IMG/VR virus record: IMGVR_UViG_3300014205_000177
Coordinates: 113,805-177,804 of that record
DNA: 64,000 nt
Direction: 5' to 3' (one strand)
Source: a virus
Lineage: Duplodnaviria; Caudoviricetes
In this document: positions 47,894-55,962 of the stretch, piece by piece
Layout: each line of letters starts with the position of its first letter
How positions within the stretch are numbered: position 1 is the first letter of the stretch
Program-made: the position numbers and the translations under genes
Notes under the pieces: generated by a model
Told to the model about the DNA's origin: nothing
Databases searched by the model: none
What the model saw: the letters and a program-made list of their open reading frames with translations, nothing else

Positions 47894-47984
47894 GGAAGTT
47901 TGCCGGAGATGGATTATCGGCTCTCATTGGAAATGAGATGGTCACTTAAGTGGCACGAAGATTCGAATTCTTCAACTTCCGCCA
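47894..47984 (+). tRNA. tRNA-Ser(GGA)
   Basis: Loop TTGGAAA, long V-arm, G73. Confidence 0.88.
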
Positions 47985-47992
47985 GTTTTAAT

Positions 47993-48125
47993 GGGGGTGA
48001 AATTTATTCGATTATGGTTTCGCAATGTGGTAGCTTGGAAGCAATGGTAGCAAATGCACTTGAAAACTCTACCATCCACACTTAGGAAACCGTAAGACCT
48101 GGGTTAAATCCCAGCACTTCCACCA
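47993..48125 (+). ncRNA. Minimal tmRNA-like RNA, 133 nt
   Basis: GGGGGTG/CACTTCC-A-CCA with G3:U70; ATTCGA D-loop analogue; helix TTATGGTTTC/GAAACCGTAA; GAC then T-arm. Confidence 0.7.
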
Positions 48126-48130
48126 GTTTT

Positions 48131-48305
48131 GGTAAACGTGAAGACGAAGATTGAGGAATGGTTTGTTTTGGACGAACGCCCCGTTATCCATGGGGAGAAG
48201 ACATAAAACTCAGCACCAAGTCATTTCGTGGTGGCGTTGCCAGAGAAGTTATGGGTACGATTGTGGCTCGTATTTAGACCGGAGCATTACCGGTACGTCA
48301 CCCCA
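48131..48305 (+). ncRNA. Structured RNA with tRNA-like 3' end
   Basis: GGTAAACGT/ACGTCACC-CCA; ACCGG-N7-CCGGT; several internal hairpins. Confidence 0.45.
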
Positions 48306-48315
48306 ATTTTTATGT

Positions 48316-48392
48316 GCGCCTATAGGAGAATTGGCATATCCGTCTGGTTTAGGCCCAGAATTTTCTCGGTTCGAGTCCGAGTAGGCGTACCA
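48316..48392 (+). tRNA. tRNA-Leu(UAG), short variable loop
   Basis: Loop TTTAGGC, CCA. Confidence 0.85.
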
Positions 48393-48447
48393 CATTTTTT
48401 AGACTAGAAATAGTCGACGTTGTTTGAAAAAGTATATATGAAAATAT

Positions 48448-48724
48448 CCCCATGTGGCGGAATGGCAGACGCAACGGACTTATTAATTTGAGCCTTATAT
48501 TGGAAACTTTATAAGTGGACATGGCTAATTCGGTGAATCCTTTAATATGGTAACGCCGAGCTATCGAAAGAGAGTGTAGAGACTTTACACCATGTGCCTA
48601 AGTCTATGAAGATATGGCAAAGACAAAGTCCAGACCACGCAAGAAGAGAGTAGTGAAAACTATAGTGGTACGAAAATTCGTCGCCCGTTAGGGCGTGAGG
48701 GTTCGACTCCCTCCTTGGGGACCA
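48448..48724 (+). tRNA. tRNA-Leu(UAA) split by a group I intron
   Basis: Exons 48448-48481 and 48673-48724 rebuild loop CT-TAA-AA. Confidence 0.9.
48482..48672 (+). mobile_element. Group I intron (trnL-UAA type), 191 nt
   Basis: Inserted U^AA; P AATTCGGTGAA, Q AACGCCGAGC, R GTAGAGACT, S AAGACAAAGTCC; terminal G. Confidence 0.9.
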
Positions 48725-48802
48725 AATATTTATGTTATAGTTATTTTTTTGTGTTATTTGCATCTGCCATGTTATATTATAATAAAACAGCGGGAGTAAA
48801 TA

Positions 48803-49717
48803 ATGAAATATACAAAAGAGATGCTAGAAGAGGCAATTAAAAATAATGTTAGTTTTGCGGGAGTTCTAAAAAGTTTTGGATTACATCCGTCCGGTGGTAG
48901 TCATAGACTAATAAAATCAAAAGCATTAAGTTTTGGAATAAGTACGGAACATTTTCTTGGAAAGGCATCAAATTGCGGAAGTAGGTACAAAGGTGGGTTA
49001 GAAAAAATAAGTTTTTCAGATGTGTTAGTGTACGATAGAAGAAATGGAATGAGGGAGAGTGCCTCTAAACTAAAAAGGTCTATGCTGGAAAGCGGGATAG
49101 AATATAAGTGCGAAAAGTGTAACAATGATGGTGTCTGGATGGATGGTTTTGTGTCTTTGGAGGTTCATCACAAAAATGGAGATACTTTTGACAACACAAA
49201 AGAAAACCTTGTATTTATATGTCCCAATTGTCACAGTCAAACTGACAACTTTCGTGGAAGAAATAAGGTTGAAAAAGATATTCAACAAATAAGAACAGAA
49301 GAGGAGGTTGTTGCAGCACTTCTAAAGAGTAAAAATATAAGACAATCACTTATAGAACTAAATTTGGCTCCATACGGAGGTAATTACGATAGGATTAAAA
49401 GAGTAATGATAAAAAAGGATATTGAGTTCAATAAAAAAGAAAAGAAAACTGCAACATGTCCGTCGTGCGGAAATAAAAAAGATTACTCCAGCGCAGAATG
49501 TAGAAAGTGCGCAAGTATAAAGAGAGGTTTGGCAGAAAGAAAAGTTGAACGTCCATCAAAAGAAGGCTTGGAGAAAATGATTGCTGAACTTCCAATGACA
49601 AAGATTGGAAAAATGTTTGGAGTAAGTGATAATACTATTAGAAAATGGTGTAAGAATTACGGAATAGAATTAGGTAATAGATTAGGATACTGGACGAAGA
49701 TAAAATATAGCAAATAA
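48803..49717 (+). CDS. HNH homing endonuclease with C-terminal Zn finger and HTH
   Basis: CEKC...LEVHHKNGD..DNTKENL...CPNCHSQT. Confidence 0.9.
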   Translation: MKYTKEMLEEAIKNNVSFAGVLKSFGLHPSGGSHRLIKSKALSFGISTEHFLGKASNCGSRYKGGLEKISFSDVLVYDRRNGMRESASKLKRSMLESGIEYKCEKCNNDGVWMDGFVSLEVHHKNGDTFDNTKENLVFICPNCHSQTDNFRGRNKVEKDIQQIRTEEEVVAALLKSKNIRQSLIELNLAPYGGNYDRIKRVMIKKDIEFNKKEKKTATCPSCGNKKDYSSAECRKCASIKRGLAERKVERPSKEGLEKMIAELPMTKIGKMFGVSDNTIRKWCKNYGIELGNRLGYWTKIKYSK

Positions 49718-49721
49718 ATAT

Positions 49722-49798
49722 GGTCTCGTAACCGAATTGGCATAGGTATCGTGCCCAAACCACGAGTTTTATGGGTTCGACCCCCATCGAGACCACCA
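49722..49798 (+). tRNA. tRNA-Leu(CAA), C33, short variable loop
   Basis: Stem TCGTG/CACGA, loop CCCAAAC, CCA. Confidence 0.78.
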
Positions 49799-49979
49799 TT
49801 TAGATTTGAAATTACTTGTTTATATGCTATATTAATAAAAAATATTGAAGAAGTAAAAGAAATATTATATAAAATTTTAAATCAAAGATGGTAACTTATC
49901 CGTAATCTGTTGTAGATTCTTGAATGAGAGGAGATAGGGACAAGGATAAGTTATTATTTTTAATGATAAAGGAGAGAAT

Positions 49980-50147
49980 ATGAACTATATAGATGTAATT
50001 ATTGATAAACACGAAGAAAAAATTAAAGCAGTAAAAGAATCTTCTTCATGTAAAGGTGATTTTGCTAGAAAACTTTTAGAAAAAGGAATTGTACCTTATT
50101 TTTCTGATGGAATAAAAATTTATGAAAAACTTTATAAATCTTCTTGA
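49980..50147 (+). CDS. Small hypothetical protein, 55 aa
   Basis: AAGGAG RBS; MNYIDVIIDKH... Confidence 0.55.
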   Translation: MNYIDVIIDKHEEKIKAVKESSSCKGDFARKLLEKGIVPYFSDGIKIYEKLYKSS

Positions 50148-50209
50148 TTTTAATAAAAAGTGTGCTATAATATAGATGTAATGAAAATTACGAGTTGTTT
50201 AAATTTTTT

Positions 50210-50283
50210 GAGGAAGCGGTTAGATGAGTTACTTCAATGATTTTAAATCTTTGCCAAAAAACGCTTGTCTTATTATTCTCCTC
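50210..50283 (+). ncRNA. Y RNA-like RNA, short
   Basis: GAGGA/TCCTC closing stem; ATGAGTTACTTCAA...GCTTGT shared with 50498-50616; upstream of Ro60. Confidence 0.7.
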
Positions 50284-50293
50284 ATACATTTTT

Positions 50294-50488
50294 ATCTGTT
50301 ATATGGATTCCTCGCCACTGTTACAGTAGTGGAGGTTGAACGTTCATACGTTCCTAGGAGGTTGTGGTTAAATACTGCTCAGGTGTGGATTAAATAGGTC
50401 TGTAAATATTAAACATTAATGCCTATTTTAACATGGTTGTATATTGCGCAATATATGACATAAGCAGTCAGAATTTTAACTAACAGAT
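50294..50488 (+). ncRNA. Unidentified multi-stem RNA between the Y RNAs
   Basis: ATCTGTTA/TAACAGAT closing stem with several internal hairpins. Confidence 0.5.
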
Positions 50489-50497
50489 TACATTTTT

Positions 50498-50616
50498 GTT
50501 GGGTAGTGTAGATATGAGTTACTTCAAAGCTCAATGGTAGAGCATTTCTCTTGAAAAGAAAATGTTACTGGTTCAAATCCAGTTGATAATAAAGCTTGTA
50601 TCGCTTTTCTCCCAAC
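50498..50616 (+). ncRNA. YrlA-type Y RNA with tRNA-like domain
   Basis: GTTGGG/CCCAAC stem enclosing D-arm AGCTCAATGGTAGAGC, anticodon-like arm and T-arm CTGGTTCAAATCCAG; no acceptor CCA. Confidence 0.82.
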
Positions 50617-50740
50617 TCTTATTTTACGTCAACCATGTGTTGAATGTAGTGAACCTGTCATGGTACAGGTTTTGAGTTGGGTGGGGTTCTCGCATACCTC
50701 ACCCATTTTTTTTACAATTTATGCGAAAGGAAAAAGGAAA

Positions 50741-52294
50741 ATGACTATCAACGCAAAAAGGGAAAAGGTAGAAATGTCTCACAAAAATTTTATGAATGGA
50801 AAGTCTTATAATGTATCTCCATTTATAAGATTACAAATGGTAGCAGCTTCATGTTTTATGGGAGAACCTCAATATTACAAAAAAGCCGGAACAAAATATT
50901 CAACTATTGAATATATTGAAAAAGTTCTTGGGTCTCATTCAACAAACGATTGGAAAGGACTTAATTCAGTAGAAATTATAGAAAAAACTATTGATGAATG
51001 TTTAAGTATTGATGTTGAAAAAACTCTTATAATTGCAGAATCATTAAGGGTTGAAGACTATATGAGAGAAACACCACAAGTAATTTTAGTTAGAGCAGCA
51101 GTCCATAAAAATCAAAAGGGAACCGGTTTAGTAAATAAATATGGACTAAGAATTTGTATTCGTGGAGATGAACCAGCAACCGGACTAGCTTATCTATTGA
51201 AAGCTTTTGGAAGAAAATCAATTCCTAATTCCCTTAAAAAAGTTTGGAAAAGTGTTCTAGAAAGCCTGACCGATTATGAAATTGCAAAATATAAGATGGG
51301 TTCAAGAGAAGTTCGTACTATTGATGTTGTTCGTATTTGTCATGCTAATTCTGCATCCATTAATAAGTTAATGAGTGGAAATGCTAAAGAATTTAACACT
51401 TATCGTTCTATTATCTCTAATAGTGATAATTCAACATCTGAAGCAAGAGAAATTAACTGGAGAAAGGTTGTAGAAAAGTCTGGACATATGGCTTTATTGA
51501 GAAATATTCGTAACTTCGTTAAAAACGGAATACCTGTTTCTTATTTTTCAAATAAATTGAAGAATGGAGTTTTGGAAGGAAAGCAATTTCCATTTAGATA
51601 CTACAATGCAATGATTGAAAATAATGGTAATGGATATGTTAAAAACTGTTTGGAAGAATGTATGGATATTGCAATTAATAATATGCCAAAGTTCGAAGGT
51701 CGTGTAATGTCATTATGTGATAATTCAGGTTCTGCAACAAGTTCAAAATTATCTACACTTGGAAATACAAGTGTTTCTACAGTTGCTAACCTTATGGGTA
51801 TCATTACTGCAAAATGTTTCAGTAAAGGTGGACAATTGGGTCTTTTCGGAGATAAATTATCTATTGATGATGTAAATCCATCAAGAGGAGTTCTGTCAAC
51901 TCTTCAAACTATAGAAGAAAAGTCAAGATGGGTTGGGGGTGGAACAGAACATGGAGCATGGTTATTTTGGGATTATGCAACTAAAAACAACGAACATTAT
52001 GATTATGTTTTTGTTTATAGTGACATGCAAGCAGGACATGGTGGTCTTTATGGTAGCGATAATAGTTATATAAATTATATATATCCTGGAACTAGAAATT
52101 ATATAGATATTCCAAAATTAATATCTGAATATAGAAAGAAAGTAAACCCAAATGTTAAGGTATTTCTTGTACAAGTTGCAGGATATGAAGATACATTGAT
52201 TCCTGAATTCTATAAAAACACATATATTCTTGGTGGATGGAGTGAAAATATTCTTAAATTCGCAAAGAAAATGGAACAAATAAAACAATATTAA
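50741..52294 (+). CDS. rsr: Ro60/TROVE-domain RNA-binding protein with vWA domain
   Basis: GEPQYY, MRETPQ, HMALLRNIRN, QFPFRY, DNSGS, SDMQ; adjacent Y RNAs. Confidence 0.9.
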   Translation: MTINAKREKVEMSHKNFMNGKSYNVSPFIRLQMVAASCFMGEPQYYKKAGTKYSTIEYIEKVLGSHSTNDWKGLNSVEIIEKTIDECLSIDVEKTLIIAESLRVEDYMRETPQVILVRAAVHKNQKGTGLVNKYGLRICIRGDEPATGLAYLLKAFGRKSIPNSLKKVWKSVLESLTDYEIAKYKMGSREVRTIDVVRICHANSASINKLMSGNAKEFNTYRSIISNSDNSTSEAREINWRKVVEKSGHMALLRNIRNFVKNGIPVSYFSNKLKNGVLEGKQFPFRYYNAMIENNGNGYVKNCLEECMDIAINNMPKFEGRVMSLCDNSGSATSSKLSTLGNTSVSTVANLMGIITAKCFSKGGQLGLFGDKLSIDDVNPSRGVLSTLQTIEEKSRWVGGGTEHGAWLFWDYATKNNEHYDYVFVYSDMQAGHGGLYGSDNSYINYIYPGTRNYIDIPKLISEYRKKVNPNVKVFLVQVAGYEDTLIPEFYKNTYILGGWSENILKFAKKMEQIKQY

Positions 52295-52305
52295 TAATTA
52301 AAATG

Positions 52306-52614
52306 ATATGTTTTTGAGTTGAATTTAGATTAATTATGAGACCAAAGGCGTGATAATACTATTAGTTTATCAGTAAGTTTACCGTAAAATCTCATGCAGA
52401 AATCTAAAGGGATGATGTTTCATCATCCTATTAAAATACTCATCTGCAATAAATATTGACTTGAAGTGTAACAAACTGCGTTTATTACACTAGGGAGAAG
52501 TCAGATAATAAGTCAGATACTACGTATCTGACTCCATATCAGACTTTGTCAAGTCAAAAATTGTAAGTTTTATAGTATAATAAAACTTAAATTTACAAGA
52601 ACTCAAAAACATAT
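52306..52614 (+). other. 309 nt element bounded by a perfect 15-bp inverted repeat (large ncRNA or MITE)
   Basis: ATATGTTTTTGAGTT/AACTCAAAAACATAT with nested hairpins. Confidence 0.6.
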
Positions 52615-52806
52615 TTTTAAAAATCTAGGACTGCTTAATAAAAAGCAACGATGTCATTCTAGAAATAGCATTGGGGTGTACAACGCACTACGTCATTTTT
52701 AATGTTGACCATGAGCCCGACATGGTGAAGTTCAAACGGGAATAATTTAAAAGAGGATAACGAATAAAGAACAAATAGCCGCAGAACTTAACTCGGAGAG
52801 TGAAAG

Positions 52807-52959
52807 ATGAAAATTCATTACTGGACTTTAAAACTAAACAAGCATGATTTATATATCCTCTGCACTACAAAACTCAAATGGAACGCCGGTAATTTATCGG
52901 AGAAAACGAACGAAGTGACATGCAAAAGATGTCTTAAATTATTAAAAAAGGATAATTAA
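52807..52959 (+). CDS. Small Cys/His protein, 50 aa
   Basis: GGAG RBS; MKIH...LC...VTCKRCLK. Confidence 0.6.
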   Translation: MKIHYWTLKLNKHDLYILCTTKLKWNAGNLSEKTNEVTCKRCLKLLKKDN

Positions 52960-52960
52960 A

Positions 52961-53212
52961 ATGGAAAAAGTATTAGTAATAGGCAATGAAAACTTGGAAG
53001 AGCAAAAAAATAAAGTAGCACTAAGAGAAAACAGCAAAGATAATACTCTTTGTTTCGTGGCTAAACAATTTAACGAAAACATCGCAAAAGAACATAATAA
53101 AATAATATTGGTAGATGATAATGAAATGTGGGTTGATTATGTTTTAGAATATTTGACTTTTGCATTCATACATGATATAAAAATAGAACTTATAAAAGCA
53201 AATGGTGTATAA
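52961..53212 (+). CDS. Hypothetical protein
   Basis: 83 aa; AAGGA RBS. Confidence 0.65.
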   Translation: MEKVLVIGNENLEEQKNKVALRENSKDNTLCFVAKQFNENIAKEHNKIILVDDNEMWVDYVLEYLTFAFIHDIKIELIKANGV

Positions 53213-53430
53213 TGAAAGAAAGAAAATTAAAAGATATTGAAACCAAAAAAAAAGAAAGAAAAGAACTAGAAGAATGCATAGACATGTGTTGTTATGATTT
53301 TCCTCTAGTCTTTTATAGGGATGGTAAATTTGAAGTAATATGTAAGTGGTGTTCAACTAAAATAAGCAACGAAGATTCCACAAAAGCTATGATTGAGTGG
53401 AATAAAGAGATAAGAGCAAGAAAAGTTTAA
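53212..53430 (+). CDS. Hypothetical protein (Lar-like Cys pattern)
   Basis: CC...VICKWC...AMIEWN. Confidence 0.55.
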   Translation: MKERKLKDIETKKKERKELEECIDMCCYDFPLVFYRDGKFEVICKWCSTKISNEDSTKAMIEWNKEIRARKV

Positions 53431-54084
53431 TTATATCTTTTTGCAATCTTCATAACTTCTATATATTGGTTTGTTTACACATTGATAATCCTCGTTTAAA
53501 TTACTGGCATTTATAAAAGTAATTCCACGACTACTGCTGTGCATAGAGCCATGATTCTCATGTATATGACCAAACACATGTATTTTTGGCTTTATTGTTT
53601 CAACTCTAGCAAGCAAATCTTTACAACCACAATTAACTTCATAAAGATTCATATCAAGTATATCCATAGGTGGTCCATGAGTAACCAAAATATCAATACC
53701 TTCAGGTATTTTACTCCATACTTCAGCAATTTCTTTACCCCTGTTTTTCATAAAAGCCCATCTTCCAAAAGTTGGACAATAAGGACTCCCATATATTTTA
53801 AGACCATCTATCTCAATCATACTATCCTGTAAATAGAAAACTCCACTTGGTATATTGAAATGTTCTAAGGGGTAATTTTGTAATCCAAAGTCATGATTAC
53901 CGGCAATAAACACCTTATATTGATAAGGAAGACTACCAAACCACTTTAAAAACCCTCTAATTTCCTTAGTATGACCCATAGAAGTGACATCGCCAGCATG
54001 AATTATCATGAAACCACCATCTAATTGGCTCTCTATATCTTTGTGGATACCATGAGTATCGCTTATGAATGTAATTTTCTTCAT
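53431..54084 (-). CDS. Calcineurin-like metallophosphoesterase
   Basis: SDTH, HAGD, AGNHD, THGPP, FGHIHE; ATG 54084 with AAGGA RBS. Confidence 0.9.
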   Translation of the reverse strand: MKKITFISDTHGIHKDIESQLDGGFMIIHAGDVTSMGHTKEIRGFLKWFGSLPYQYKVFIAGNHDFGLQNYPLEHFNIPSGVFYLQDSMIEIDGLKIYGSPYCPTFGRWAFMKNRGKEIAEVWSKIPEGIDILVTHGPPMDILDMNLYEVNCGCKDLLARVETIKPKIHVFGHIHENHGSMHSSSRGITFINASNLNEDYQCVNKPIYRSYEDCKKI

Positions 54085-54097
54085 TGTTTTTTCCTTT

Positions 54098-54532
54098 TTA
54101 TCCAATGCGAACGTCTTTTCTTGTTGATTTGTTTGTTGCGTAATAGGGCTGATTCCATTCTTTATTTTCTTTGTCGATATTACATAATCTATTATACGCA
54201 TTATAAAGCGGGGCATTATTTTCATCAAGCATTCCGCAAAACCACGATGAGTATACCTCTTCAAATTTGGTATCGTATTTTTTAATCTGCCATTTTATAG
54301 CCTCTCCAAGAATGTCTTTTTGATTGACTATATTAAAGAGTTTTCTCTTACATTCTTTAACCACTTCTGCACTTTGCTGAACGTAACCTTCCCAATTAAG
54401 TTCTTTGGGTATTGGCTTTAGTAATGACATAGCATTATCAACCTGCTCAATCATCTTTTCTCTAGTATTACATTCTTCTTCGGTGTTCCATTCAGAACCA
54501 TCAATAGCTTGATATTTTGTTATGATTTTCAT
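54098..54532 (-). CDS. Hypothetical protein
   Basis: 144 aa; YQAIDGSEW...EEC. Confidence 0.7.
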   Translation of the reverse strand: MKIITKYQAIDGSEWNTEEECNTREKMIEQVDNAMSLLKPIPKELNWEGYVQQSAEVVKECKRKLFNIVNQKDILGEAIKWQIKKYDTKFEEVYSSWFCGMLDENNAPLYNAYNRLCNIDKENKEWNQPYYATNKSTRKDVRIG

Positions 54533-54848
54533 ATTTTTCTATTAACCTCAAAAATTTTTTAAAATTTGAACACTTTATACTATTTTTATAAAATAGCACA
54601 TTTTTTATTAAAATCAACTAAATTGTAATAAAAATATTAAGTAATCCTGTACACAGCAATAAGAACCTCTTCTCCAATCCCCACTAATATAATAGAATAT
54701 CGAAGAAAGAAAACTTAACAAAATTAATGCAATTGGGAATATATATTGAGAGTATTTCATTATTTCCTTTGTTTCACTACTAAATTTTCATCTTAATTTA
54801 ATGTTTTAATAATTTTATACGATACCAAGCTTGAACTTAGTATAAAAA

Positions 54849-55337
54849 CTAATTATTACAAAAATCAGGGCAACAACATTTATTGATTAATGTATGCATT
54901 TTATTCTTACCACACCACAATACCCTACCTCTTCCAGTAGGAAAACTATTAAAACACTGACCACATGAATAAGAACACCATCTTTCTTTCCTTTTATATG
55001 TCTCTCCTTTAATAAAAATATTTTTTAAGTATTTTTCTTCTACTGCAACCCCATTATAAACTATTGGGTGTTCAATTTCTTCTATATTACATTGTTCGGT
55101 TCTATAATGAATGTCACATCCTTTAGTTAATTTACACATAAGTGATTCTATATAATTTAAAATATGTTTATTAATATTTTCCATACTATTAGGATTGTTG
55201 TTTTTATAATTAATTTTAATAGTTATTGTCCTATTTGTTATATCTATAGCAATATTTTTTACATAAATATAAGTCCAATAGTAAAGACAAACATAAGCCT
55301 CAACAGCAATCATCTTCATTTTTTCTTCATTGTACAT
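54849..55337 (-). CDS. Hypothetical protein, Cys-rich C-terminus
   Basis: 162 aa; AAGGA RBS. Confidence 0.6.
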   Translation of the reverse strand: MYNEEKMKMIAVEAYVCLYYWTYIYVKNIAIDITNRTITIKINYKNNNPNSMENINKHILNYIESLMCKLTKGCDIHYRTEQCNIEEIEHPIVYNGVAVEEKYLKNIFIKGETYKRKERWCSYSCGQCFNSFPTGRGRVLWCGKNKMHTLINKCCCPDFCNN

Positions 55338-55506
55338 AATTATTCATTTCCTTTTTACTCATTTAAATACTATATATTTACATTAAATAAAACACAACAG
55401 AGGTTAAAACTAAAATAATTATTGAAGTTACTATAGAAGATAATACAAAATAAAGAATATACTTTGCCACTGTCATTTTATATCTCCATCTTTTTGATAA
55501 AATTAA

Positions 55507-55962
55507 TCATTGTTTTTCCCATGTTGAACCTTTATATTTAAAAAATTTACAATTACTTAAATCTACTTCATAAAATATCTCCTCTTCATGATTACACTTA
55601 TTCTTTTTTATTATCTTTGGACTCATTGCAATAAATTCAAAATCAATGACAAATAATGCCCCAGCTTCACATATTGCAAAATATAAACCTCTTTTTGTTA
55701 CAAATTTCTCCTTTCTAGCTGGAATAGTAAGTGTTTTATACTTAAAGTCAGTACCATTCCAGTGTTCACTTGGTCTTACTTCAACCTCAACGTCATAACT
55801 AATTCCACTATGCTTTCCTATAAAATAACAATCAACCTTATACTTTTCACCAAGTAAAAGGTCAATGTTAAACTGTTTAAGAAAAGACTTCGCAATGAAA
55901 ATTCCATAATCATTATAGGTATCATACAATTTCTTATCAAAAGGTTTGCCTATCACAGCCAT
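55507..55962 (-). CDS. Putative PD-(D/E)xK-like nuclease
   Basis: VD...VEVEVR...W...IPARKEK. Confidence 0.5.
   Translation of the reverse strand: MAVIGKPFDKKLYDTYNDYGIFIAKSFLKQFNIDLLLGEKYKVDCYFIGKHSGISYDVEVEVRPSEHWNGTDFKYKTLTIPARKEKFVTKRGLYFAICEAGALFVIDFEFIAMSPKIIKKNKCNHEEEIFYEVDLSNCKFFKYKGSTWEKQ

Noticed and set aside
50530-50585. tRNA-Ser(UGA) call
   Set aside because: No acceptor stem or CCA; embedded in a Y RNA stem next to Ro60
52625-52940. Large ncRNA such as RNase P or full tmRNA
   Set aside because: No signature motifs, and the 3' half is explained by the 50 aa ORF at 52807-52959
53431-54264. Long 277 aa start for the phosphoesterase
   Set aside because: It overlaps the upstream gene; ATG 54084 has an RBS and begins the domain
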